DNA of 35,420 bases, taken from Octopus sinensis. Taxonomy: Eukaryota. The notes beneath the pieces are model-generated. The model was not told the origin of the DNA and did no database searches. It saw only the letters and a program-made list of their open reading frames with translations. The stretch is from the NCBI RefSeq assembly GCF_006345805.1, contig NW_021832034.1, forward strand, positions 1-35,420, given 5' to 3'. Shown in pieces: positions 11,331-22,570 of this stretch (positions are counted from its first letter, which is position 1; each line of letters opens with the position of its first letter). The translations under genes and the position numbers were made by a program.

Positions 11331-11468
11331 AATAAATGTGTGTGTGTTGAGAGAGAAAGAGAAAAAGAATTTACAAATGTAAACTCTACTGGAATAAAAG
11401 AAATATGTACAAGTATTAAAAGGATAAAATGTAGGAAAATGTATAATCAAAAGGATTAAGAATTAAAT

Positions 11469-11506
<38 letters not shown>

Positions 11507-11510
<4 letters not shown>

Positions 11511-11860
11511 TGTGTGTGTATATATACATATATATATATGTGTGTGTGTGTGTGTTGTGTGTGTGTGTGTGTGTGTTTGTGTGTGTGAATGTGTGTGTAT
11601 ATGTGTATGTACGTGTGTATTCCATATCTATCTATCTATCTATCTATCTATATCTATCTATCTATATCTATCTATCTATATATATATATGTATATATATA
11701 TGCATGTGTACAGGCATATATATATATTATATATATATATATGTTTGTGTGTGTATATATACATATATATATATGTGTGTGTGTGTGTTTGTGTGTGTTG
11801 TGTGTGTGTGTGTTGTGTGTGTGAATGTGTGTGTATATGTGTATGTACGTGTGTATTCCA

Positions 11861-11911
<51 letters not shown>

Positions 11912-11976
11912 ATATATATATGTATATATATATGCATGTGTACAGGCATATATATATATATATATATATGCATGTG
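11507..11976 (+). repeat. Tandem duplication of a compound microsatellite block (about 235 bp unit)
   Basis: Anchors GTGAATGTGTGTGTATATGTGTATGTACGTGTGTATTCCATATC and GCATGTGTACAGGCATA each occur twice about 235 bp apart. Confidence 0.85.
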
Positions 11977-12309
11977 TATAGGCATATATATAGACACACA
12001 CACAAATAATCAAAAGAGTAATATGTGTGTGTGTGTGTGTTGTGTGTGTGTGTGTGTGTGTGTGTTTGTATGTATCTCTCATAAACATTTTATGAAAACT
12101 TTATGAAACATTTTTGTGTTTTTTTTCTTTCTTCTGTTTTTGCATCAGTGCAACGTGGCATCAGTAAAACATCATGAACAAGATTGCCTTTACATCAGAG
12201 CAGTTAAGACTACCTTAAGTGCATTGCGGCATTGTTATAGAGATTACACATGATTGCACCTTCAAGAGATGGAATAATGTCTTGTTGCAATTCTTCAGGT
12301 AACAAGTAA

Positions 12310-12600
12310 CTGTGATGACGATAATGGCGACGGTATGATGATGCTGATGATGATGATAAAGAAGGTGATGACGATGGTGATGATTATGATGACAGTGAGG
12401 ATGATAATGATTACGATTCTGAATTATGATGATAATAATATATGACTAATACCACTAATAAACAATAAAGATGCTGCTGCTTATTCTGATGATGGTGAAG
12501 GTCCTGATGTGGGTGGGGAATATAATGACACTAATAACAATAATGATGATGATGATGATGATGATGATGATGCTGATGATGATGACTACAACAACAACAG
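12310..12600. repeat. Degenerate (GAT)n/(AAT)n tract
   Basis: Visible trinucleotide low complexity. Confidence 0.85.
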
Positions 12601-12823
12601 CAGTAATCATATAAATCATATTAAAATGGATTTGTGAAAAGGAATGAACATTAATGATTTTAAATATGTTCTAATTTTTTTTCAAACAATAAATGAATTC
12701 TACCTTAAAAGATGCTTCCGACATCCATTTATAGCTATATGCCATTTTAAATGATGCATCATTTAAATGTTGCAGTGATGGGTGAGTGTACATACATTCA
12801 CACATACTCAGACACATCCATGT

Positions 12824-13380
<557 letters not shown>

Positions 13381-14239
13381 CACTGTGCGGTGAATAAATT
13401 GTCTTCTAAACTACATAAAAATGAAAATAGCACTGACACCTCATTTTAAAAGAAATATTTACCAAACTTACATAAAATTATCTGGAAATACTAAAGAGTA
13501 AATTCATTCAATAAATTCGCCATTGGCTTAAACCATGGCCTCCAGATGACTTTGGAATCTCCTGCAACTCTGATGAATGGTCTCTTGGTTTAAGTTGGTT
13601 AATGCTGCCATAAACCTTGCCTTCAGTACAAGGAGTTTTGTTGGTCTCTCACTCAACTGTGCCCTACATAATAATCAAAGGAATTGCAGTCTGAGAAGTT
13701 AGGTGACCAGATGTTAGGGGTGATGTGGTTGCAGAAATTGTCTGACAGCCATGACTGGGTTCTCCTGTTTGTGTGGCATGGTGCAGAGTCCTGTTGCTAG
13801 ACAGAAGGTGTTCCAGCAACCACCCTCTTGACCCAGGGCAGCACTACCTTCTCCAGGCATTTGATGTAGGTCTCCATGTTGAGTCTGAGGCCGTGTGGGA
13901 AGATGAATAGAGGCATAATGTCACCATTACTAGTGATCACTCAAACACCTTCGTAAGCACCATTAGACTCAGCCAACTCTTTCTGAATCCCCTGTACTGT
14001 CCTCAGAACGACACCCAAACACTCTGAAGTGTTCGTATTAGACCCTCCAGTGTGAATGCAATGCAGTACAGTATGTCGTTTCCAAATTTCTGGCAGAGTG
14101 AATTGTGTCATGGTGCTGTTTTTCTCACAAACGGTACCCAACTGACTCTCCTGTCTAGTTGATAAAATCTCAAACAAACAATGCATATGCACGAAATTAA
14201 ACATATAAAATGGCAATAATCTACCCATTGCACCCTCTG
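13381..14239 (-). mobile_element. Internally deleted Tc1/mariner transposon, maT (DD37D) type
   Basis: TA on both flanks, degenerate TIRs (CACTGTGCGGTGAATAAATTGTC and CAGAGGGTGCAATGGGTAGATT), transposase remnants inside. Confidence 0.9.
13504..14111 (-). pseudogene. maT/DD37D transposase pseudogene
   Basis: N-terminus MTQFTLPEIWKRH...ESNGAYEG fused to VITSNGDIMPLFIFPHGLRLN...QQD-(37 aa)-FDYY...RFQSHLEAMV*ANGEFIE*; in-frame stops and frameshifts. Confidence 0.9.
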
Positions 14240-14258
14240 TATGTGTGTGTGTGTGTGT

Positions 14259-14460
14259 CATTGCCAGTACTTCCTGACTGGCCGCCGTGCCAGTGGCACG
14301 TAAAAGCACCCACTACACTCTTGGAGAGGTTGGCTATAGGAAACTCTGCCAGATCAAGACTGGAGCCTGGTGCAGCCATCTGGTTCGCCAGCCCACAGTC
14401 AAACCGTCCAACCCATGCTAGCATGGAAAGCGAACATTAAACGACGATGATGATGATGAT
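14259..14460 (+). mobile_element. Family D (RTE 3' end) with small internal deletion
   Basis: GGCACGTAAAAGCACCCACTACACTC...CCAACCCATGCTAGCATGGAAAGCG...(GAT)n. Confidence 0.85.
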
Positions 14461-14773
14461 GAGATATGTGTGTGTGTATAAATTTGAGTGATGTTTCTCT
14501 GTCCGTTACATTTTTATGTTCATCAACTCCTCCTGGATTGTCGGTGCAAGGACAATGAAACCCGAACCAGCAACTCCCCTAATCCCAGGAGAAATCTGGA
14601 TGGTTTTATATTTACAGATATTTATTAATATGTCACATGTTTTTATATAGATTACACTGTAAAATGTCATCATTACAAAACAATACCTGCCTTTGGTATC
14701 TAGTTGACACCTGGCAGTAACTGTTAAATAAAGCAATATCAAAGAAAAATACCAATAATAATAATAATAATAA

Positions 14774-15347
14774 TGCCCTGATGCAGTACCATTGCCCTGA
14801 TTTGGTACCAGGCAGTGGCTCTCATGGCTTCTGATCTTAACTGATTGGAAGTGTTATCATGTACATTGTTTTGTCTTGGTATAAAAGATGGGCTACAGCA
14901 AATATTCTGCTCAATACCACAGATTTGCTTGTCAGTTGTTTGACCTTAACCAGTTGAGCATGTCCCTTAGTGGCTGACAATATGTGCATCTCTGATCATG
15001 AGCAGAAGTAGTGGGGGAGCATCATAGCCATGTGTCGAAAGGTATTCCTGGAGGTTTGGATAATTCACCCTTGGAAACATAGGTGCTTCACTCATCATCC
15101 TTAAACAACCCTTATTCAGAGACCTCTTGAGTGGGATGGGCTACTCAACATGAAGAAAATTCTAACTGGGCCCCACCTGCAAGGTCATGTGCTGTTTGTC
15201 TTGATATGAGATCACCATGTCGCGCACATATGGTTGTGATGCATGTGCCTAGTGTACCCTTATCAGACGGGTAGTCATGATGGGTATACTGGGCTTCGTA
15301 TATTTTACCCCAGCGTCACTTTGATGGCATGAACTGCTCTCTCACTC
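14774..15347 (+). mobile_element. 574-bp non-coding element bracketed by (AAT)n, probably a non-LTR 3' UTR
   Basis: Abrupt compositional change, (AAT)n on both sides, no long ORF; only one copy here, so repetitiveness is inferred. Confidence 0.5.
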
Positions 15348-15377
15348 AATAATAATAATAATAATAATAATAATAAT

Positions 15378-15556
15378 TGTTCCAGATTTATGCCCTAGGC
15401 CAGTAGTTTTTGAAGAGAAGAGTTAGTTGATATGAATTCCAGCATTTTGCTCATACTTAATTTTATTATTCTCAAAAATGATGAAAGACAAAGTTGACCC
15501 CAACAGAACTTGAACTTGGAAACTAAAGATCCAGAATGACACTAAAAACTTCTCAC
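15378..15556 (-). mobile_element. Degraded family C SINE
   Basis: ATGAAAGACAAAGTTGACCCCAACAGAACTTGAACT matches the 4625-4665 region. Confidence 0.55.
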
Positions 15557-15641
15557 TGAAATATATATATGCAAATTCTATGTATGTATGTATGTATGTA
15601 TGTAGGTATGTATGTATGTAGGTATGTATGTATGTATGTAT

Positions 15642-15830
15642 CGACATGCAAAGGTACATGGAGCCCAGTTACAACTACAGCCAGCTATTACAGGTAAAGG
15701 TTTTAGTTGCCAATTTTGTACAAGACATTGTAGATCTTTAGCTGGGCTAAAAAGTCACATTCGATCACAGCACCAGTAACAGTTAAGCTTCATGCAATGG
15801 CCATACTCGATAACGAGGGGGCAGCCATAA
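15642..15830 (+). mobile_element. RTE-clade LINE 3' end with C2H2-type finger
   Basis: RHAKVHGAQLQLQPAITGKGFSCQFCTRHCRSLAGLKSHIRSQHQ* (15642-15779); 3' UTR GCAATGGCCATACTCGATAACGAGGGGGCAGCCAT resembles that of the 5905 copy. Confidence 0.8.
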
Positions 15831-15867
15831 TGTATGCATGTATGTATGTACATACAATTATATAATT

Positions 15868-15919
<52 letters not shown>

Positions 15920-16354
15920 TACAAAATAAATTTTTATTCATTCCATCTTAATTTATTTGCGTGTGTGTTTGAAATTGCTGAATTTAGCCAAATTGGTATG
16001 GGTAAATGGCTTCAAGTTGAAGATATAATTTTGATGTGGACCAGTTGAAGCATGAGTTGCCAGTTGATGGAAATTATTCTATAAAGACATTTAGTCAGTG
16101 GACCATAAACAAGGTGGAAATATATTATAATTTGTAAGTATGTATGTGTGTGTGTTTGTGTTGTGTGTGTGTGGGTGATACTGATATAGCTTTGAGTTGC
16201 TGGAGTTGTTTTCACTGGGGAAAAAGTCACGAATGCCACAACATCACACCTTTTGAAATCCTTGAAAATCTCTTACTTATGGAAGATTGCCATGTTGTTG
16301 TTGTTGTTGTTGTTGCTGGTGGTGGTGCTACTGCTGCTGTTGTTGCTGTCTAGC

Positions 16355-16510
16355 TGTAGGTCAGCTCCGATTGAGTAGAACTATGATAAAGTTCATTATT
16401 TTCATTATTTACATTATTTACATTTGATGGATATTTGTCCTCATCTTGTTTGTTGTTAACATCCTGGGGAAATTTCGAACCTGGGTTCTCATTCCTGAAG
16501 TATTTTTCGA

Positions 16511-16563
<53 letters not shown>

Positions 16564-16850
16564 TTTAGGTCACTGCTTGGACTCGAACTTGGAATCTTGG
16601 GGTTAGTAGCCTGCGCTCTTAACCACACACACACAAACATACATATAATAAAAATAATATACATAATTCCTCATCTCTTAAATAGAGAACTGTATTATGA
16701 TAAAGTTATTCCTACCTTGACCATCTCATCTATTTTTAAGAACATATCCAGGGCCACATTATTCAATGTGTCCATTTGGATCTCAAGACAGCAAATAGGA
16801 TGTAATTTGAGAGAGCTTTAGCTGCTTTTCTTGCAGGTCGAGCAACCATG
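16355..16850 (+). mobile_element. Unclassified repeat family E, interrupted by a SINE
   Basis: AGGTCAG...TATGATAAAG...GATGTAATTTGAG...TTTAGCTGC aligns loosely with 27625-27800. Confidence 0.45.
16394..16695 (-). mobile_element. tRNA-headed SINE with internal (AAT)n
   Basis: Minus-strand GTGGTTAAGAGCGCAGGCTACTAACCCCAAGATTCCAAGTTCGAGTCC (A/B boxes); 12-bp TSD TATGATAAAGTT at 16382-16393 and 16696-16707. Confidence 0.8.
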
Positions 16851-17170
16851 TAAAAGTTCTCCATTTAAAATCGCTGTTGCTTTTGTTCTTGTTTAATCTC
16901 AGGTCAGTTCCTTTGGGAAAGTTCATCTTACAGGGGAATTTAGGTACCATGAAGTTTTACATAGCTACATAATTTTCTTTGTGTCTTTTCATTTTTTTCA
17001 AAATTTGGAAACAAGACTTTGTAAGGGGCCCATGTAAACAAAACTTTGCTTTCAAAGAAATTATCTGAAGTTTTAGACAAAGAATAACAATTTTTAAAAA
17101 AGCAAATAAGACAATTAAGCAATGCAGTTGGTCAAAGAATTCCCTAGGGAATTAATAGAAAGCAAAATGT

Positions 17171-17784
17171 ATGGAGCCCTACCCCTACCCGGAATTCTTC
17201 ACTGTACTTGTTGCCAACCCTCACCTTACTGACAGTATACCTGTACATGGCTTGTACAACTCTCACTAACCACTCATCTATCCCTAGTTTCTGCATTGAC
17301 CACCAGATAAATATTACAGAGCCTGAGAAGATCAGTGCTGTAATTTATCCACAGTGCTTTAAAAATGGTATCTAAAAGATAATTTATTTTAATAGCATAC
17401 TTCTGATAGTAACTGAGCTATTAGAGCAAGGTCATCAGCATAGAGAAGCTCCCAGGGGTATCTTGTCTTGAATTTCTCTGTTATTGCCTGGGGGACAATT
17501 ATCCCTAGTTTCTGCATTGACCACCAGATAAGGGATCGGGGGACCCTCTCAAAGGCTTTCTCCATGTCAACAAAAGCCAGGTACAGAGGTTTATCTTTGG
17601 CTTGGTATTTCTCCTACAGCTGTCTTACCAGAAATACAACATCAGTGGTGCTTATCCCTAGCACAAACCCAAACTGCATCTCATCTAAACTGACTTTCTC
17701 CCTAATTAATCAGACTATGACCCTTTCTGTGACTTTCATTACCTGATCAAACAACTTGATACCTCTATAATTATTTGTATCTAA
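17171..17784 (-). mobile_element. Rearranged RTE-clade reverse transcriptase fragment
   Basis: LDTNNYRGIKLFDQVMKV...QFGF...LAFVDMEKAFERVPRSLIWW; PWELLYADDLALIA (YADD at 17431-17442); IWWSMQKLGIDEWLVRVVQAMY...FRVGVGLH; internal stops. Confidence 0.92.
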
Positions 17785-19429
17785 TCTAATGTATTTTTTA
17801 ATCTAAGCTAATATGCATTTTTTAAAAGACAGTAAAAAATCTGAAAGTTGGCTACAATGACGTAGTCTTCCAATCTCATTGCTTTGAAGGTATGTTGTGG
17901 AGAAAAAAAATGGAGAAAAATGTTACAAAGGTTTAAAAATCGGAAAAACTGTATATTTTTAGCCAATAACGAGACAGAAATTTTCTGCATTTAGTAAACA
18001 GTGTCAACTTTTAGGTTGTACCCTGTGAAATTTAGAGTTTAGCATCTGAGAAATCTTATTGTTTCTTTTGTCTCTTCATTGATTGTATGGTTTTATTATT
18101 TTAAATATTTGCTATATTAATATATTTGTTTGCATGTGTTTACTTTATGCATATTTCTGTATTATGTATACCTGTCCTGTATTTGTGTACATCATTAATA
18201 TATAAGTGCATGTGGATGTATGTATTCATATATAGGTTTATATGTACATTTATGCATTCGTGTGTGTGTGTGTGTGTATGTATGTGTTTGTGTGTGTGTG
18301 AAGGGGGCATCTGTCTTCAAAACTCCAAAATTGAGTAACGTTTTCACGCTTGGATTTGTAAACTACAATACAAATAACACTGGTCAACAAAGAATTTGTC
18401 CCAAGGAAAAGAATACCTGTATCTTATATTTTTTTGCATGCAGACTTCAAAAGTAATGTCAAATTATCTGTGTCACCCACAGTTTCTCTGTTCCATGATA
18501 TTTCTCTCAGTTCCTGTTACGTGGGCTAAATTTCAGTTAAGCTGTTGAAATGTGAATCTAACGGTTTAAGAAATACTCCTAATTAAAATTTTTATGAACA
18601 GAATTAGCCTAGTGAAATCCTAAATCTAGCTATCTGAGTCAATGCATCCACAAAATATGTGAAATGAAAAATATGTAAAAATACTAACACACAGAAGCAC
18701 AGAAAAATGCTGACACAGAGAAGCACAGAAAAATATGTAATATACTAACACACAGAGAAATCAAAACAAAACATGCAGGTGAAAAGAATCTCTTGGTGTG
18801 AAGAATTGAGTGTGAAAAATCAATGTAGACAACAGTGGCAGAGACAACAGTGAACCACAACACAGCATCTAGTTGTCATGGTAACAAGCGGCTAATGCCA
18901 AGTTGTCTGTTGATTGGCTAAAATTACCCAAATTTCCCAACTTTAATGCCAAATAACATCAGATTCTTTAATTTACGAGTTAAAGTAATTGGTTGATAGT
19001 AATCGAAATTCAGAGTTGCATCGATACACTAAAATTGAAAGCAATCTGAGCAAAATTAAGAGGGGGGGGCTCATTGTGTGAATGAGAAAGACTAGATCCC
19101 CAATATTGGCCAGGAGGATGGGGCTGAGGTGAAAAACAGTAATACATTTTCAAAACAATTTTTCATAAAATATCCCCTACCACCATCACCACCAACACAT
19201 CACCTCGAAAGCCTGAGTAAAAAATAAAATTGGAAAAATCCCTGTCAAAATGGAGAAAAATAAACTTATGTGGGCATCCTGATCCAAAACTCCACCTCAA
19301 TAATTTCATCTCCTTGACTGCATGATACATAAATATATTGATTTTCATTTTTTACCTACAAATTCAGACAACAAAAGTATATAGAGCAGAAGTAATGCAG
19401 ACACAAAAGGGTTAAACATTTAGTTTTAA

Positions 19430-19650
19430 CCCTTTCGTTACTGTATTTATTTTGAGATGCTCTGTGTTTCTTTCAATTACTTTAAATATAACAAAAAGTT
19501 TAGTAAAATAACTTAGTTAACATTAAGCTAGGGTTAGTAACATAAATTGTGACTAAGATTTGGTGGAAGATTTTGATTCAAAACTTAAGAAAACAAGACA
19601 TTTGTACTACCGAGCCAGAGGCGGTTTTGGCTGGGTTGGTAATGAAAGGG
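19430..19650. mobile_element. piggyBac-like MITE (221 bp)
   Basis: TTAA on both sides (19426-19429 and 19651-19654); TIRs CCCTTTCGTTAC and GTAATGAAAGGG (11/12 match). Confidence 0.85.
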
Positions 19651-19840
19651 TTAAGCCATTTCTTGCAGAAGAAAAAATCTAAGGAGATAATGTTCCAAAT
19701 TTTGTTTTTTATCTCCTACATAAAAAATGATATAAGGTTGTGAGGGTGAATAATACTATTTATCTGGTTTAAAGTTATATCAACCCTTATAGGTGGTCCC
19801 CCTTAGTCTCATGGCAACCAATATTTTTAGACCCATTCTG

Positions 19841-19920
19841 CCACTGCTCACAAGGCTTTGGTTGGCCCAGAATTATAGTATAAGACACTTATTCAAGGTA
19901 CCACACAATGGGACTGAACA
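19841..19920 (-). mobile_element. Family A SINE fragment
   Basis: CTCACAAGGCTTTGGTTGGCCC...AGACACTT...CAAGGTACCACAC..TGGGACTGAAC. Confidence 0.7.
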
Positions 19921-20694
19921 TGAAATTAGATGTGCAGTTTAGTCTAGAGTAAATCTACGGCACCTTTTGCCATTTTAGGATTGATGCCACAATATGGCAT
20001 CCTTCTTATGACACAAATCGATCACAAACAGAAACACATCAAGTAATAGACACTGTTAGTTCCAACTCATATTTCATTTTCTGCTAGCAGAAAATAAGAT
20101 ATTGATATGATATGTCAGTGCTCATATCACCAACAGTTCTCTTGTAAATGCTGCCAGCAAGAGAAGAACATTGTGTGAGTGACAAATTTTGTTTTGTATC
20201 ACTGTAGCTGAAGTTTATTGTCATCTGGGAAAGACCACAGAAAGACCATGAATGAAATTTGCTTCCTGAACTTTTCACTGAGTCTCTACTGTTAGAATTT
20301 GGTGTCTTTTGTGTAAGCACTATTTAGTTGTGTTTGAATCACCCTCCCGCCAGGCATTCAGCTGACATTGACAATGGGCTATGGTGAAGAGGGAAAAGAA
20401 ATTTTCAGAAACATCACATGCAAAACAGTTCTACCACCAGGATAAACAAAACTGCTGAAGGAATTGTTGCAGAAAATCTCTCATGGCTTAGACCTTCGGC
20501 TGCATTCCTCGGATAGGATGTGCAGTCCATCAGCTTTTGTTCCACTTCAACAAAATATATTTTGAAATCTGAGAAAGCCACAAGCTTTTTATTGTTGTTG
20601 TGGTTGTTACCTCCACCACCACCACCACCACCACACCACCACCACCACCACCGTCATCATCATCATCATCATTACTATTAATATTAAAAACATA

Positions 20695-20887
20695 AGGGCA
20701 ATTGGATTAGAAGAATGGTTAGAATGTCAGACAAAATGCCTTGTGATATTTCTTCCAGTTCTTTGCAATTTGAGCTCAAATCTGAGATTGATAAAATATA
20801 GTAGCAGTTAAGTACTGGGGATGATAGTACTGACTAAAATCTTCCCCCAAATTTCAGACCATGTACATTTGTCAAAAACAATTATTA
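20695..20887 (+). mobile_element. Degraded family C SINE
   Basis: GACAAAATGCCTTGTGATATTTC...TGAGCTCAAATC...GATAAAATATAGTAGCAGTTAAGTACTGGGG. Confidence 0.5.
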
Positions 20888-20990
20888 TACATATAAATCT
20901 TTACTCTCACTGTACAGAGTAAAATCACTCTAAAAATTATATGGCCATCTTGAGAGCTTAGGGGCTTTGTGATTTGATACTGATGCCAAT

Positions 20991-21322
20991 ATCATCATCA
21001 TCATCATCATCAACATCATTTAAAGTCTGCTTTCCATGCTGGCATGTGTTGGATGGTTTGACAAGAGCTGGCAAGCCACAAGAGTGTACCAAGATTTATT
21101 TTCTGCTCTGACATGGCTGGATCCCCTTCCTAATGCCAACCATTTTATGGGGTTTACTGGGTGGTTTTGTACGTGGCACCAGCACAAGTGAGATCACCAA
21201 GTAACTTGCAAGACAAGACTCCTCAACTGAGTGAAGTGGCTGTGAGCCAGGTAATGAGGTGTTAGAATATGATACAGGGACTGGAACATGTATCTTGCAG
21301 TAGAGCAGATACATGGCTTCCC
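20991..21322 (-). mobile_element. Family D-related element (RTE 3' end) with a different 5' part
   Basis: (ATC)n, then CTTTCCATGCTGGCATG.GTTGGATGGTTTGAC and CCCTTCCTAATGCCAACC. Confidence 0.75.
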
Positions 21323-21870
21323 ATTTGGAAGGAGAAATTGGTAAAAAAAAAAATGGAAAGCGTTTATAGCCTGTAGCTTTTTGTATTTTTTTCATTGAAA
21401 CAAATCATACACCTATAATTTGATTTTCATTTATTCAACAAAATCTATAAAAGTTTCATGAAAATCACTTTTAGCCATGACACTGCACATCATAGATTTG
21501 CCATCACTGACTTATTTAATGGTGAGTTAAAGAGAAAGCCTCTGCATGATCAACCCATTTGCAATAAAAAGCTAACTTCTCAGTCAATATACATTTTAGT
21601 TAAACTACTGTTAGCATATTTCATAAAGAAAGCATCAGAAATCTGTTGGAAATAAGTGTGGTGAGGAAAAGAAAACATTAACAAAATAACTAGTATTATT
21701 TTTATTATTTTGGCAAGTATGGGAGACAACTGTAAACATGTTTTGGCATTATTACACCTCCTCAGCAAAGCAGACTTTCTTGTATATTTGCCAAAATCCA
21801 GCTACTCACAAGCTTCTATGATATTAGGTTTTATGAAACAGATTTCCCAGTTTATGGCACAGGTTTATTT

Positions 21871-22190
21871 GATCAGGATTGTTCAAGAATTAAACAACAA
21901 CAACAATAACAGTTAGATTAAAAGTTAGTGTTGAGTTCTCGATTCTACTTTCATCTAAACCCTTCTCTGTATCTTCTGCCTAGGTATCTTGGCTTTTCCC
22001 TTCATTTTATCTTAGGTGTGTCATATTTCTTGTTTGTATTAATAGTAATGATCAACTTGTGATACATGGTATCGTCTCAAAAATTGAAATAACTCTTGCC
22101 AAGGATAAGTCATATTTCTGCAAGAGAGCTTGTTCACATCCTACCATCTGTCTGCTTGATCAGAATTGACCAGGGGTTAAACAACAACAA

Positions 22191-22273
<83 letters not shown>

Positions 22274-22570
22274 GCAATAGCAATAGCAACAGCAGCAGCA
22301 GGGTTAGCAGCAGCAAGCTTAAAAGTTAGTGTCAAGATTCGTTGCTAAATTCCACTTCCAAAAACCAATTCCTCTAAACTTCCCCCCCATATATTCTATC
22401 CCTCTAACACCACCCCCGCTTCCCTTTCATTTTAGTTCAGGTATGACATTGCTTGGATGTTTCTTATCTGTTCTAAAGATCAACTTATGACATGTTGTGT
22501 CATCTGAAAAAGTGAAATAACTTTGGCAAGAATCAGTCAGATTTCTGCAAGAGAGTTTGTTCTCATCTTA
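21871..22570 (+). repeat. Diverged direct tandem pair (21871-22157 and 22158-22570) with an expanded (CAA/CAG)n in unit 2
   Basis: Shared anchors GATCAG.ATTG, TTAAACAACAAC, TTAAAAGTTAGTGT, GATCAACTT, TGAAATAACT, ATTTCTGCAAGAGAG. Confidence 0.75.

Noticed and set aside
12149-12298. Strong acceptor tract plus CAG|GTAACA donor enclosing 150 nt
   Set aside because: All three frames contain stops; no support as a coding exon, and a non-coding exon cannot be judged from sequence.
12310-12600. Asp-rich acidic reading of the GAT tract
   Set aside because: Frames are broken by stops and shifts; plain trinucleotide low complexity.
12700-12790. Perfect GG|GTGAGT donor near 12782
   Set aside because: All frames from the nearest acceptor hit stops, and the motif merges into a TG/CA repeat.
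14506-14742. 78-aa minus-strand ORF ending ISPGIRGVAGSGFIVLAPTIQEELMNIKM
   Set aside because: Protein-like composition but a weak acceptor and no recognisable motif; cannot be supported without a homology search.
19979-20580. Non-repetitive stretch with ORF 20084-20320 and a faint RT-like RINKTAEGIVAENLSWLRPS
   Set aside because: No frame stays open across it and the similarity to RLNxLAExILPESQCGFRPS is too weak to call by eye.
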